A stretch of 64,000 bases of DNA from Chloroflexota bacterium (GCA_016875535.1 VGPF01000002.1:9856-73855), one strand, 5' to 3'. Numbered from the stretch's first letter, positions 8,211 through 18,212 are shown. The notes: generated by a model not told the origin, from the sequence alone. Translations and numbers: made by a program.

Positions 8211-9545
8211 ATGTATCCTCGCGGCGCACCGCACAAAGGCCCTGCCTTGACCACCAAGCCTCCACCACCGGCCCGCCCCTTCCCCTTCCTGCCTAAGCGC
8301 ATCTTCTTCGGCTGGTACATCGTCTTTGCCACCCTCATCGTCAGCACCGGCGTCTCCGGGTTCTTCAACTTCGGCCTCTCGGCCTTCATCATCCCGCTGG
8401 AAGAGTCCCTCAACACCAACCGCGAGGTGATCTCCACCGCTATCGGCATCGCGCCCATCGAAAGCGCCATCATCGGCCCCTTCCTCGGCTTCTTCGTGGA
8501 CAGGCTGGGCGCGAGGCGGATCATGTTCGTCGGCGTGCTTCTCATGTCGGGGGGGTTTGTCCTCCTGGGCCGGGCCCACTCCATCGGCGAGTTCACGGCT
8601 TACTACATCATCCTCGCCATCGGTAACGGGATGATCGTCGCGCCTTCCATCGCCACCATCGGCAACTGGTTCATCAAGCGCAGGGGTCTTGCCTACGCCA
8701 TCGGCCCCATGGGCTTCGGCTTCGGCGGAGCCGTGACGCCCCTGGCGGCGCTTCTCATCCGGGAATTCGGCTGGCGCGATGCGACGTGGATCTGCGGACT
8801 CATAGTCTTCTGCATCACCATGCCGCTGGTTCCCGCCTTCCGCTACCGGCCGGAGCCGTACGGCCTCTACCCGGACGGCGATACCAAGCCCCAGAGTTAC
8901 GACCCGGAAGGGAAGCTCACGGCGGCCACGGAGATCAACTTCACCGTCAAAGAGGCGCTTGTGACCAAGGCCTTCTGGCTGGTCAATCTGAACTTCGCCA
9001 CGCGCACCGTCGTCGTCGGCGCGCTGGCCACCCAGTTCGTCCCGGCCATGGTGAGCAAGGGCTTCTCCGCCACCACCGGCGCCACGATCATCGCCCTGCT
9101 CGGCGTCTTCATGATCCCCGGCCGCTTCGGCATCGGCTACCTGGCGGACAAGTACGATAAGCGCTACGTCACCGCGGGCGTCTCCATGGTCATGGCGCTG
9201 GCGATGGTGGGCTTCTTCTTCGCCGAAAGCTACTGGCTCATCCTGCTGGTCTTCGCCGTCTACGCCTCCGCCAACGGCGGCGGCGGCAGCGCCGCCTTCG
9301 CTGTGCGCGCCGAGTATTTCGGACGCGCCTCCATCGCCACGCTCACCGGCATCGGAAGCGTCCTGCAATCGGCAGGCGTCTTCATCGGTAACCGCCTGGC
9401 CGGGACGTTCTATGTCCACACGGACAGCTACGGCCCCACTTTCATCATGTTCGCATGCGTCTCCGCGGTCGGCGCGGTCTTCATCCTCCTGGCGAAGCGC
9501 CCCATCCCCAAGCGCCTGCAAGGGCAGCTGCGCGGGCGCGTCTAG
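8211..9545 (+). CDS. MFS transporter
   Basis: About 12 predicted TM helices with an MFS signature region (GPFLGFFVDRLGARRIM). The ORF is open from 8190; the ATG at 8211 is used here. Confidence 0.8.
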   Translation: MYPRGAPHKGPALTTKPPPPARPFPFLPKRIFFGWYIVFATLIVSTGVSGFFNFGLSAFIIPLEESLNTNREVISTAIGIAPIESAIIGPFLGFFVDRLGARRIMFVGVLLMSGGFVLLGRAHSIGEFTAYYIILAIGNGMIVAPSIATIGNWFIKRRGLAYAIGPMGFGFGGAVTPLAALLIREFGWRDATWICGLIVFCITMPLVPAFRYRPEPYGLYPDGDTKPQSYDPEGKLTAATEINFTVKEALVTKAFWLVNLNFATRTVVVGALATQFVPAMVSKGFSATTGATIIALLGVFMIPGRFGIGYLADKYDKRYVTAGVSMVMALAMVGFFFAESYWLILLVFAVYASANGGGGSAAFAVRAEYFGRASIATLTGIGSVLQSAGVFIGNRLAGTFYVHTDSYGPTFIMFACVSAVGAVFILLAKRPIPKRLQGQLRGRV

Positions 9546-9551
9546 CGGCGG

Positions 9552-10004
9552 CTACCGCCCCTCCGCCTCCGCCTTCAGCGTGTGCAGCCACCGGACAAAG
9601 AGCTCGCGAACCCGCGCCTGCGGCATCACGAGCCACATCAGGCCCAGGCCGGGGCCGCTGAATATCTCCATCGTCGTCGCCAGGGTGCCCTCGCCGTCAG
9701 CCTCGAACATGAACGTGTGCTTGCCGAAGATGCCGCCGCTGCTGCCGACCCACGTGACGGCCGTCGGCCGCCTCACCTCGATCACCTCCGCACATATCCG
9801 GAGCGACTTCCACCACGGCTTCACCGTGAAGGCAACCTCGGCGCCGAGCGTCCACGGCTCGCCCTTGCGATGCTTCGGCGAGCGCGCGACATCGTTCCAC
9901 CGGGGCCAGCCTTCGAGATCCGTGAAGACGCGCCACACGCGCTCCGGGGGCGCGGCGATGCGCAGCGACTCGCGGATGACGATGGTTCGCTCGATGATCG
10001 TCAT
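9552..10004 (-). CDS. SRPBCC-family protein (polyketide cyclase/AHSA1-like)
   Basis: 150 aa with an IAAPPERVWRVFTDLEGWPRWN motif typical of the SRPBCC/Bet v1-like fold. Confidence 0.65.
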   Translation of the reverse strand: MTIIERTIVIRESLRIAAPPERVWRVFTDLEGWPRWNDVARSPKHRKGEPWTLGAEVAFTVKPWWKSLRICAEVIEVRRPTAVTWVGSSGGIFGKHTFMFEADGEGTLATTMEIFSGPGLGLMWLVMPQARVRELFVRWLHTLKAEAEGR

Positions 10005-10024
10005 GCGCTTCGCCGCCGCTCACG

Positions 10025-10180
10025 ACCGCTCGTTGCGGAAAACTGTTTCATAAATTCGTCGTGAAAACTATTGTGATTATGAAAACTCGATGGTATTGTA
10101 GTAGAAAATTCATCCGCGATTCCGCAGCCCACCACCCGGTGACGGGCGGGCCCATCTGGAAAGTCTGGAGGGGTTGCCCC
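10025..10180. promoter_or_regulatory. AT-rich divergent promoter region with phased GAAAACT direct repeats
   Basis: GAAAACT occurs at 10038-10044, 10063-10069 and 10081-10087, with a degenerate GAAAATT at 10104-10110. The region is about 35% GC in a roughly 67% GC genome. Confidence 0.35.
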
Positions 10181-10181
10181 G

Positions 10182-11306
10182 TTGCTCACACATGCAGCGC
10201 CGTCAATAGAAAATCTCAAGCACCTCTTCGCGAGCGTGCCTGAGACTCCCGCTCTCCTCATTGATCGCAACGTTCTCCGCGAAGATTTCCTCGCATTCAA
10301 GCGCAGCTTCACCGGCTCCCGCATCTGCTACGCCATCAAGGCGAACTCCCACCCGGACGTTTTGAGCGAGCTGCACGCCCTGGGCTGCGACTTCGAAATC
10401 TCCAGCCTGGGCGAGCTTCGCATCCTGCAAGGCATCGGCGTACCCGGCCACCGCATCATCACCAGCAATCCCATCAAGTCGCCGCTCTTCATCAAGGAAG
10501 CTTACGCCGCAGGCATCCGCCACTTCGTCTACGATTCCAAAGCCGAGATTGACAAGCTCGCCGAACTCGCTCCGAACTCCAGCCCTTGCGTCCGCCTCAC
10601 GGTGCCGAACGAAGGCAGCGAATGGCCACTGGACAAGAAGTTCGGCGTGGGGCCGGAGCTGGCGCTCCAGCTTCTCCTGCTCGCCAAGGCCAAGGGCCTC
10701 AAGACGGCGGGCGTCACCTTCCACATCGGCTCCCAGAACCGCCAGCTGAAGGGCTGGCCCATCGCCCTCCAAGTGGTCCGCGATCTCTGGGACAAGGCGA
10801 AGAAGAAGGGCATCCGCCTCACCACGCTGAACGTTGGCGGCGGCATGCCCGTCTACTACACGAACCCCGAATTCCCCAGCGTGCAGGAGATCGCGAAGAC
10901 GGTCTACGCCGCGCGCGACGCCCTCTTCCCCGCGGGCACGGAGACCTTCCTGGAGCCCGGCCGCGCCATGATCGCCCGCGCCGGCACCATCGTGACCACC
11001 GTGGTCGGCGTCGCCGATCGCGACGGCACGCGCTGGGTCTACATAGACACAGGCATCTTCCAGGGCCTGGCTGAAGCCCTGGGCGGCATCAAGTACCGCT
11101 ACCTGAGCGAAGCGCCCGGCCCCGTGGAACAGTGCACCCTCGCGGGCCCCTCCTGCGATAGCATGGACACCATCGCCAGAGACGTCATGTTGCCCCAGGT
11201 GAAAGTCGGCGACCGCATCGCCATCCCCGCATGCGGCGCCTACACCACCTGCTACGGCACGGACTTCAACGGCTTTCCCAGCCCCCGCACCATCATCGTA
11301 GGATAG
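10182..11306 (+). CDS. ornithine/diaminopimelate/arginine decarboxylase family protein (type III PLP fold), probably ornithine decarboxylase
   Basis: YAIKANSHPDVL (compare YAVKCN), CDFEISSLGEL and HIGSQ motifs. It lies immediately upstream of speE. It has a TTG start, or the ATG at 10188. Confidence 0.8.
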   Translation: MLTHAAPSIENLKHLFASVPETPALLIDRNVLREDFLAFKRSFTGSRICYAIKANSHPDVLSELHALGCDFEISSLGELRILQGIGVPGHRIITSNPIKSPLFIKEAYAAGIRHFVYDSKAEIDKLAELAPNSSPCVRLTVPNEGSEWPLDKKFGVGPELALQLLLLAKAKGLKTAGVTFHIGSQNRQLKGWPIALQVVRDLWDKAKKKGIRLTTLNVGGGMPVYYTNPEFPSVQEIAKTVYAARDALFPAGTETFLEPGRAMIARAGTIVTTVVGVADRDGTRWVYIDTGIFQGLAEALGGIKYRYLSEAPGPVEQCTLAGPSCDSMDTIARDVMLPQVKVGDRIAIPACGAYTTCYGTDFNGFPSPRTIIVG

Positions 11307-11313
11307 AGCACCG

Positions 11314-12177
11314 ATGCCAAAGTTCTGGTTCGCCGAGTCTGATCCCTTTGCGCCCATCAACTACCGCTACAAGGTGAACAAGCGTCTCTTCTCCAAGAAG
11401 AGCCCCTACCAGCACGTCAAAGTCTTCGAGCATGATTTCTTCGGGCGCATCATGACCATTGACGATGTGGTCCAGCTCGCGGACCGCGACGAGTTTTTCT
11501 ACCACGAGATGCTGGCCCACGTGCCGCTCCACATGCACCCGGCGCCGAAAAAGGTCCTCATCATCGGCGGCGGCGATGGCGGCACCCTCCGCGAAGCCCT
11601 CAAGCATCCCACCGTGGAGAAGGCCGTCCTTATTGATATAGACGCCCTCGTCATCGAAACGTCCAAGCGCTTCTTCCCCCAGGTGGCCGTGGCCTTCAAA
11701 TCGCCCAGGGCCACCGTCCTTAACATGGACGGCGCGAAGTATATGCGCGAGACCGGCGAGCGCTTCGATGCCGTTCTAGTGGACTCTACTGACCCCGTGG
11801 GCCCGGCGAAGACCCTGAGCACTCAGGACTTCTTCAAGACCGCGGCGAACGTCCTCACGCCCAACGGCCTCTTTGCCATGCAGACGGAGTCCTTGCACTA
11901 CCACATCGTCTTCATCAACCAAGTGCAGGGCTATCTCGGCAAGGTCTTTCCGTCCGTCGGACTCTACGCCGCGCCCCTGGCCACCTATGCAGGCAACTAT
12001 TGGACCTTCTCCATCGCCTCCAAGGCCAAGGTGCAGAGCTGGGACCCCGTCCGCCCCGCCATCAAGGGCACGCGCATCTACGATGAAGAGTTCCACCGCA
12101 AGGCCATCGTCCCCCAAAAGGCGCGCGATTGCTTCACGGCCATCGGCTCCGGCCCCTACAAGCGCGCCGCGCGGTAG
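11314..12177 (+). CDS. speE: spermidine synthase
   Basis: FFYHEMLAHVPL, VLIIGGGDGGTLRE and DSTDPVGPA are canonical SpeE motifs. Confidence 0.9.
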   Translation: MPKFWFAESDPFAPINYRYKVNKRLFSKKSPYQHVKVFEHDFFGRIMTIDDVVQLADRDEFFYHEMLAHVPLHMHPAPKKVLIIGGGDGGTLREALKHPTVEKAVLIDIDALVIETSKRFFPQVAVAFKSPRATVLNMDGAKYMRETGERFDAVLVDSTDPVGPAKTLSTQDFFKTAANVLTPNGLFAMQTESLHYHIVFINQVQGYLGKVFPSVGLYAAPLATYAGNYWTFSIASKAKVQSWDPVRPAIKGTRIYDEEFHRKAIVPQKARDCFTAIGSGPYKRAAR

Positions 12178-12251
12178 CAGGATCCTTCCGACTTCCTCAT
12201 CAACGGGCTCATGGAAGGCCCTGCGCCCATCCGCCAGTAACACCGCTTCTA

Positions 12252-12257
12252 TATAAT
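12252..12257 (+). promoter_or_regulatory. -10 element (TATAAT) upstream of the M50 protease gene
   Basis: TATATAAT lies 30 nt upstream of the GTG start at 12287. A GAGGAGG Shine-Dalgarno sits at 12274-12280. Confidence 0.35.
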
Positions 12258-12286
12258 GATGCCTCGCAGCAGCGAGGAGGCCGTCC

Positions 12287-13417
12287 GTGTTCGGCAGTTC
12301 CATAAAGATCGGGCGCATCTTCGGCATACCCATCGGCGTCCACTACACCTGGTTCATCGTCTTCATCCTTATCACCGGCATCCTGGGGAGCAACTACTTT
12401 CCCAGCGAATTCCCAAGATGGAGCGGGTTCCAAACTTGGGGCGTCGCCATCCTCACCAGCCTGCTCTTCTTCGCCTCCGTCCTGGCCCACGAGCTCGGCC
12501 ACAGCCTCGTTGCCAAGAGGTACGATATCGGCGTCAAGAGCATCACCCTCTTCGTCTTCGGCGGCGTCGCCCAGATAGCCAAGGACCCGCCGCGGCCGAA
12601 GGTGGAGGCCCTCATCGCCCTCGCTGGGCCGCTGGTGAGCCTGACCATCGGCGGCATCTTCCTCGGCATCTATTTCGCCGCCAGCGATCGCAACGACTCC
12701 ATCGCCGGGCTCGCCTACTATCTGGGCAGCATCAATATCATGGTCGCCACATTCAACATGATCCCCGGCTTTCCCTTGGACGGCGGCCGCGTCTTCCGCG
12801 CCATCGTCTGGGCCGTGAAGGGCAACTTCGTCAGCGCCACCCGCTTCGCCACCACGGTCGGGCGGGGCGTCGGCTATCTCTTCATCTTCATCGGCGTCAT
12901 CCGCGCCTTCTGGTACAACGATCTCTCCAGCGGCCTCTGGATCGCCTTCATCGGCTGGTTCCTGGAGAACGCCGCCTCCCAGAGCTACGCCCAAGTCGCC
13001 ATCCGCCAGGCCCTGGAAGGCATCTACGTGCGCGAAGTGATGTCCAGGGACACCTCCTTCATCTTCAAGCGCATAGACCTGCAGACGTTGATAGATAGCT
13101 ACATCAACTTCTCCGGCAAGCGCTTCTTCCTCGTCGGCGAAGCGGAGAAGTGGGAGGGCGTCCTGAGCCTCCAGGACATCCGCAAGGTGTCGCGCGAAAA
13201 GCGCCGGGAGACCCGCGTGGCAGACGTGATGGTTCCCGTGGGGAAGGTTGCCACTGTCAAGCAATCAGACGAATTGCTCAAAGCAATAGAAATCATGGAT
13301 AACGCCGACGTGAATCAGGTCCCTGTGCTGGATGGCGAGCGCGTCGTCGGCGTTCTGAGCCGGGAGAATATCGTGCGTCTCCTGAGGAGCCGGGCCGAGC
13401 TCAAAGCGGGCGCATAA
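12287..13417 (+). CDS. site-2 protease family (M50) zinc metalloprotease with tandem CBS domains
   Basis: HELGH zinc motif, an N-terminal MFxSSIKIGRIFGIPIxVH, multiple TM helices and a C-terminal CBS pair. Confidence 0.85.
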   Translation: MFGSSIKIGRIFGIPIGVHYTWFIVFILITGILGSNYFPSEFPRWSGFQTWGVAILTSLLFFASVLAHELGHSLVAKRYDIGVKSITLFVFGGVAQIAKDPPRPKVEALIALAGPLVSLTIGGIFLGIYFAASDRNDSIAGLAYYLGSINIMVATFNMIPGFPLDGGRVFRAIVWAVKGNFVSATRFATTVGRGVGYLFIFIGVIRAFWYNDLSSGLWIAFIGWFLENAASQSYAQVAIRQALEGIYVREVMSRDTSFIFKRIDLQTLIDSYINFSGKRFFLVGEAEKWEGVLSLQDIRKVSREKRRETRVADVMVPVGKVATVKQSDELLKAIEIMDNADVNQVPVLDGERVVGVLSRENIVRLLRSRAELKAGA

Positions 13418-13470
13418 CCCCGGCAACAAGATGCAGCCGCACTGCACCCCTAGGTCAGCAGGGCCTGTTC

Positions 13471-13479
13471 TGGTATAGT
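13471..13479 (+). promoter_or_regulatory. extended -10 (TGGTATAGT) for the malic enzyme gene
   Basis: TGnTATAGT lies 29 nt upstream of the ATG at 13508. An AGGAGG Shine-Dalgarno sits at 13492-13497. Confidence 0.4.
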
Positions 13480-13507
13480 GTTCGTCCGCTTAGGAGGCCT
13501 ATTGCCC

Positions 13508-14713
13508 ATGAATTACGGTGAACTTTCCATCAAGCGCCATCGGGAGACCAAAGGCAAAGTCGCTATCGTCTCCAAGATGCCCCTTGAGACCATAGAGGAC
13601 CTTTCCGTCGCTTACACGCCCGGCGTCGCCGCCGTCAGCCTTGCCATCGCCGCCGAAAAGTCCCTCTCCTTCGAGCTGACCAACCGCGCCAATACCGTCG
13701 CCGTCGTTTCAGACGGCACCGCCGTCCTCGGCATCGGCGATCAAGGCCCCCTTGGCGCGATGCCCGTCATGGAAGGGAAGGCCATCCTCTTCAAGAACCT
13801 CGCAGGAGTTGATGCCATCCCAATCTGCTTGGACACCAAGGACCCTGCGGAGATCGTCAAGACTGTCCGCTACCTTGCTCCCAGTTTCGGCGGCATCAAC
13901 CTGGAAGATATCGCCGCCCCCAAGTGCTTCGAGGTCGAAGAGGCGCTCCAAGACCTCGGCATCCCGGTCTTCCATGACGATCAGCACGGCACTGCCGTCG
14001 TCACCCTCGGCGGCCTCATCAACGCCCTAGCCATAACCGGGAAAAAGATCAAGGACGTGAAGATCGTGATGTCCGGCGCAGGCGCCGCAGGCTGGGCGAC
14101 GACCAAGATCCTCCTGGATTCCGGCGCCCGCGATATCACCCTCGTGGACACCAAGGGCACCATCCACAAGGGCCGCACCGACCTCACGCCGGTCAAAAAG
14201 AAGATGCTCGAAGTGACGAACCCCCGCGATATCCGTGGCGGCATCGCCGACGCCCTCAAAGGCGCCGATGTCTTCATCGGCGTCTCCGCCGCAGGCATCG
14301 TCACGCCGGAGATGGTGCGCTCCATGAACAAAGACCCCATCATCTTCGCCATGGCGAACCCCGTGCCGGAAATCATGCCTGACCTGGCCAAGAAGGCCGG
14401 CGCGGCGATCGTCGGCACCGGCCGGAGCGATTTCGCCAACCAGATCAACAACTGCCTCGCCTTCCCCGGCATCTTCCGCGGCGCCCTGGATGTGCGCGCG
14501 CCGCGCATCACCTCGCGCATGAAGGTGGAGGCCGCAAAGGCCCTGGCCGCGCTGGTGAAGAGGCCCACTCCCGAGAAGGTCATCCCCTGGGCACTCGATA
14601 AGACCGTCGTCCCCGCCGTCGCTCAGGCCGTCCGCGACGCCTGGAAGTCGGAAGCCAAAGGGAAGGTCGCCGTCGCCGGCAAGGCCGCCTCCGCCGCCCG
14701 CGGCAAGGCCTAA
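13508..14713 (+). CDS. NAD(P)-dependent malic enzyme (malate dehydrogenase, oxaloacetate-decarboxylating)
   Basis: [37 protein letters not shown] and a GAGAAG Rossmann motif. Confidence 0.85.
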   Translation: MNYGELSIKRHRETKGKVAIVSKMPLETIEDLSVAYTPGVAAVSLAIAAEKSLSFELTNRANTVAVVSDGTAVLGIGDQGPLGAMPVMEGKAILFKNLAGVDAIPICLDTKDPAEIVKTVRYLAPSFGGINLEDIAAPKCFEVEEALQDLGIPVFHDDQHGTAVVTLGGLINALAITGKKIKDVKIVMSGAGAAGWATTKILLDSGARDITLVDTKGTIHKGRTDLTPVKKKMLEVTNPRDIRGGIADALKGADVFIGVSAAGIVTPEMVRSMNKDPIIFAMANPVPEIMPDLAKKAGAAIVGTGRSDFANQINNCLAFPGIFRGALDVRAPRITSRMKVEAAKALAALVKRPTPEKVIPWALDKTVVPAVAQAVRDAWKSEAKGKVAVAGKAASAARGKA

Positions 14714-15852
14714 CCGCCCAGCGCCGCCCGCAGCGAGGCCCCGAACTCCGCCGCCTGCCATCGCCGCACATCGGGCAAGGCCAACTCCCGGTCGAAGAGC
14801 TCCGGCGTTCGCATCAAGCGATCCAGGCTCGCCATGGGCCACACCAGCGCCGGGTCCAGGCTTAGCTGCTTCCCAACCTCGTTGCGCCATGCCCGCAGCT
14901 TCTGCATCCGGGCCAGCTGCTCCGCCGTCGGCCTCGGCAGGAACGGGTGCATCGGCGGCGGCCTCTTCTCAGGCGGCGCCTCCAGGCCCTCTTCCATCGC
15001 CTGTTTGATAGCCCTCCCGTAGCGCTCCAGCAGCAGATGCGTCATCCCAGGGGCATCCTTCAGCTCTGCCTTGGGGTTCGCCGCGATGTGCAGCAGCACA
15101 TCATTCCCAAAGACGCGGAAGGGCGGCCGCCCCTTGCGCAGCGCCTCTTTCTCGCGAAGAAGATAGAGGCGTTTCAGCACCGCGAGCCCGCGCCCGTCCA
15201 GCGTCCGGCTCCCCTTCACGGAAAGGTAGGCCGTCTCCGGGGAGGCGTCTCCCTCGTAGCGGATCTCCTCCAGACGGCGGCACTCCTCCTCCACCCAGGC
15301 CGTGCGCCCAAGCTCCGCCAGTTTCACGGAAATCGCGTCCCGCAGCTGCAGGAGATAGGCTACATCCGCCGCGGCGTAGTCCAGCGCCTCTTGGGAAAGC
15401 GGCCGCACGCCCCAATCGGCACGCTGGAGCCTCTTCTCCTTCTCCAGCATCACCCCAAGGAATTGGGCGGCCACCGTCCCCAATCCAAGCTTGTCCAAGC
15501 CGCAGAAATGCGCCCCGACGCTGGTATCGGAGATGAGGCGCACCCGGAAGCCCCATTGCCGGTCGAGGCTGCGAAGGTCGTAGTCGGCGCTGTGGATGAT
15601 CTTCTCGATGCCCGGGTCCGCCAGCACCGCGCCCAAGGGCTCCACGTATTCCAGAGCCGCGGTGTCAACGAGAAAGATGCCTTGCGCTGAGGCAATCTGG
15701 ATAAGGCAGATGCGCTCCGGGTAGCGGAAGAAGCCGTTCGACTCCATATCGAAGGCGATCCGCCGTTCCTTCGCCAGGGCGCGCGCAAGGGCCTCTAAGC
15801 CGGCCGCATCGTCAATGAACTCCACCTGGCGGGGGACGTCCTGTGTGCTCAT
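14710..15852 (-). CDS. rnd: ribonuclease D
   Basis: DEDDy 3'-5' exonuclease domain (IAFDMESNGFFRYPERICLIQIA) plus a C-terminal HRDC-like region. Confidence 0.8.
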   Translation of the reverse strand: MSTQDVPRQVEFIDDAAGLEALARALAKERRIAFDMESNGFFRYPERICLIQIASAQGIFLVDTAALEYVEPLGAVLADPGIEKIIHSADYDLRSLDRQWGFRVRLISDTSVGAHFCGLDKLGLGTVAAQFLGVMLEKEKRLQRADWGVRPLSQEALDYAAADVAYLLQLRDAISVKLAELGRTAWVEEECRRLEEIRYEGDASPETAYLSVKGSRTLDGRGLAVLKRLYLLREKEALRKGRPPFRVFGNDVLLHIAANPKAELKDAPGMTHLLLERYGRAIKQAMEEGLEAPPEKRPPPMHPFLPRPTAEQLARMQKLRAWRNEVGKQLSLDPALVWPMASLDRLMRTPELFDRELALPDVRRWQAAEFGASLRAALGG

Positions 15853-15942
15853 AAGGACACTATTCTAGCCAAGTGGGAAGGGCGGCCCGGCTCTGGGGAA
15901 GAACCGGAAGGAAGGCGCGGTGACCGGGCCGGAGGTGCGCCG

Positions 15943-17118
15943 CTACCTCGGCAACCCGAGGCCGCGCGTCGCGATGATGTTGCGCTGGATCTCCGATGCT
16001 CCCGCCGCGATGGTGGCCGGGATCGTCGTCATATAGGTGTTCTCCAAGCGGCCGTGCATGACGGTGTGCTTCTGTTTGGGCGCGATCATCCCGTAGAGTT
16101 GGAACATGGGCAGAAGCGTGCGCACCAGCCGCTGGCTCTGCTCCGTGGAGTAGCACTTGTTGACTGAGGCCTCCATGTTCGGTACCAGGCCCTTGTGCTG
16201 CATCCACGCCACCCGATAGGCCAGCACGCGGCTGATCTGGATGCCCACGGTCAAGTCGGCCAGCTTGTTCTGCACCAGCGGGTCCTGCAGCGGCGACTTG
16301 CCATTGATCGTGATCGCCCTGAGCGCCGCGATAGCATCGTCCATCGTCCGCCGCATCCCGGCGGAGAAGCCGATCATCGAGCGTTCGAAGTCGAGCGTCG
16401 TCGTCGCCACGTACCATCCCCGGTTCAGGTCGCCGAGCATATTGCGCTTCGGCACGCGGACATCGTTGAAAAAGACTTGGTTGAAGCCGTGGCCGCCCGC
16501 CATGTTGATGAGGGGCCGGATCTCGATGCCCGGCGTCTTCATGTCCAGCAGGAAGTAGGTGATGCCCTTGTGCTTGGGGGCGTTCGAATCCGTGCGCGTG
16601 AGGATGTGTATCCAGTCCGATTTATGCGCCAGCGTCGTCCATATCTTGGAGCCGTTGATCACGTAGTCGTCGCCGTCCGCCACCGCCCGCGTCTGCAGCG
16701 AAGCGAGGTCGGAGCCGGCCCCCGGCTCACTGAAGCCCTGGCACCAGACCACTTCGCCCCGCGCGATCTTCCCAAGGTGCTCCTTCTTCTGCTCCTCCGT
16801 CCCGTGCACCATGATGCACGGGCCGATGAGCCCGATCCCCTGGCCGTCTCGTCCCGGCGCGCGGTAGTAGCCCATCTCCTCGTTCATCACCAGCTGCTTC
16901 ATGATGTCCGCGCCGTAGCCGCCGTACTTCTTCGGCCACGGGAGGGCCAGCCAGTTCTTCTCCACCAGCTTCCTCTTCATGTGCTTCTCAACCTCGGGCC
17001 GGTCCGTCGTGCCCGATTCGTCCATCGTGCCGACCCAGTCCTTGGGCAGCTCCTTGAGCAGGAAGGCGCGGACCTCCTGGCGAAAGGCTTCGTCTTCGGC
17101 GGAAAGTCGGAAATCCAT
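15943..17118 (-). CDS. acyl-CoA dehydrogenase (paralog of 353-1552)
   Basis: WCQGFSEPGAGSDLASLQTRAVADGDDYVINGSKIW with a C-terminal ATRGLGLPR. The likely start is MDFRLSAEDEAF at 17118. The ORF is open to 17250. Confidence 0.85.
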   Translation of the reverse strand: MDFRLSAEDEAFRQEVRAFLLKELPKDWVGTMDESGTTDRPEVEKHMKRKLVEKNWLALPWPKKYGGYGADIMKQLVMNEEMGYYRAPGRDGQGIGLIGPCIMVHGTEEQKKEHLGKIARGEVVWCQGFSEPGAGSDLASLQTRAVADGDDYVINGSKIWTTLAHKSDWIHILTRTDSNAPKHKGITYFLLDMKTPGIEIRPLINMAGGHGFNQVFFNDVRVPKRNMLGDLNRGWYVATTTLDFERSMIGFSAGMRRTMDDAIAALRAITINGKSPLQDPLVQNKLADLTVGIQISRVLAYRVAWMQHKGLVPNMEASVNKCYSTEQSQRLVRTLLPMFQLYGMIAPKQKHTVMHGRLENTYMTTIPATIAAGASEIQRNIIATRGLGLPR

Positions 17119-17282
17119 TGGGGTATCCTCTCTGTGAAAAAGCCTTCGTAGCGTAGATTTGCATGGGCTGCATGTCAAGAGAAGCGGCGGCGCGCGGCGC
17201 GCCGCGTTCGCCTTGCCTTTCCTGACACCATGCTCTATAGTGAACGCCAAGATTCGGCTAGGCCAAGGGGACGCTCGGCGGC

Positions 17283-17603
17283 ATGAAGGCGGAGCTCCTA
17301 CATATCGGCTTCGACAATGTCGTCGCCGCCAAACGGCTCGTCGCTATTCTCCCTGGGGCTTCAGGCGCCCGCGGCGCCTTCTCCTCCCCCACCCATCGCA
17401 TGATCAGCAGCGCCAAGGATCGCGGCCAGCTCCTCGATATGACCAACGGCCGCCGCACCAAGGCCGTCCTCGTCCTCGATTCCGGCCACGTGATGCTCTC
17501 CGCCATCTCCCCGCGCACCATCGTCGGCCGCCTCATCGCCGACCGCAACGGCGTTCGCGCCCTTGCCGCCTGGGCCGCGAAAAAAGACGACTCCGAGGAC
17601 TAA
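17283..17603 (+). CDS. remA: RemA/DUF370 family protein
   Basis: IGFDNVVAA.RLVAIL.....P..R.IS.AKDRG.L.D.T.GRRT.AV.V.DSGHV.LSA fits the DUF370/RemA family. It is followed by gmk, as in the Firmicutes arrangement. Confidence 0.75.
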   Translation: MKAELLHIGFDNVVAAKRLVAILPGASGARGAFSSPTHRMISSAKDRGQLLDMTNGRRTKAVLVLDSGHVMLSAISPRTIVGRLIADRNGVRALAAWAAKKDDSED

Positions 17604-17609
17604 CCCTCC

Positions 17610-18212
17610 GTGCATCCCTATCTCCGTCGCACACCTGTCCTTATCGTGCTTTCCGGTCCTTCAGGCGTCGGCAAAGACGCCATGCTCAACAAGATGCGTC
17701 TGATGGCCCTGCCCATCCACTTCACCGTCACCGCCACGACCAGACAGAAGCGGCAGAATGAGACCGAAGGCGTGGACTATCACTTCCTCGCCAGGGAAAC
17801 CTTTGAGGAGATGATCAAGCGCGGCGAGTTCCTCGAGTACGCCAACGTCTACGGCAACTGGTACGGCGTCCCCAAGGCCCAGGTCCACAACGCCCTCGCC
17901 GGCGGCAAGGACGTCATCATCAAAGCCGATGTCCAGGGCGCGGCGACTATCAAAAAGGCCGTTCCCCAGGCCGTCATGACCTTCGTCGTCCCGCCCTCCA
18001 TGCCGGAGCTGGAGCGCCGCCTCCGCTGGCGCATGACCGAATCGGACACCAGCCTCCGCACGCGCCTGGATACCGCGCGCCAGGAGATGGAGCGCATCGT
18101 GGAGTTCGATTTCGCCATCGTGAACGATAGCCTGGATCAGGCCGTCCACGAACTGCTCTCCGTCGTCAACGCCGAGCGCTGCCGCATCCCTCCCAAGCCC
18201 ATCAAGCTCTAG
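17610..18212 (+). CDS. gmk: guanylate kinase
   Basis: VLSGPSGVGKDAM P-loop, a guanylate kinase fold and TTRQKRQNE.EGVDYHF. Confidence 0.9.
   Translation: MHPYLRRTPVLIVLSGPSGVGKDAMLNKMRLMALPIHFTVTATTRQKRQNETEGVDYHFLARETFEEMIKRGEFLEYANVYGNWYGVPKAQVHNALAGGKDVIIKADVQGAATIKKAVPQAVMTFVVPPSMPELERRLRWRMTESDTSLRTRLDTARQEMERIVEFDFAIVNDSLDQAVHELLSVVNAERCRIPPKPIKL

Noticed and set aside
8145-9521. 458-aa ORF on the minus strand, antisense to the MFS transporter
   Set aside because: Its composition (D/E/G/R/A-rich, low complexity) is typical of shadow ORFs in high-GC DNA, and it overlaps a well-supported transporter.
12209-13264. 351-aa minus-strand ORF, antisense to the M50/CBS protease
   Set aside because: It is an acidic low-complexity shadow ORF. 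The plus-strand gene has an HELGH motif and CBS domains.
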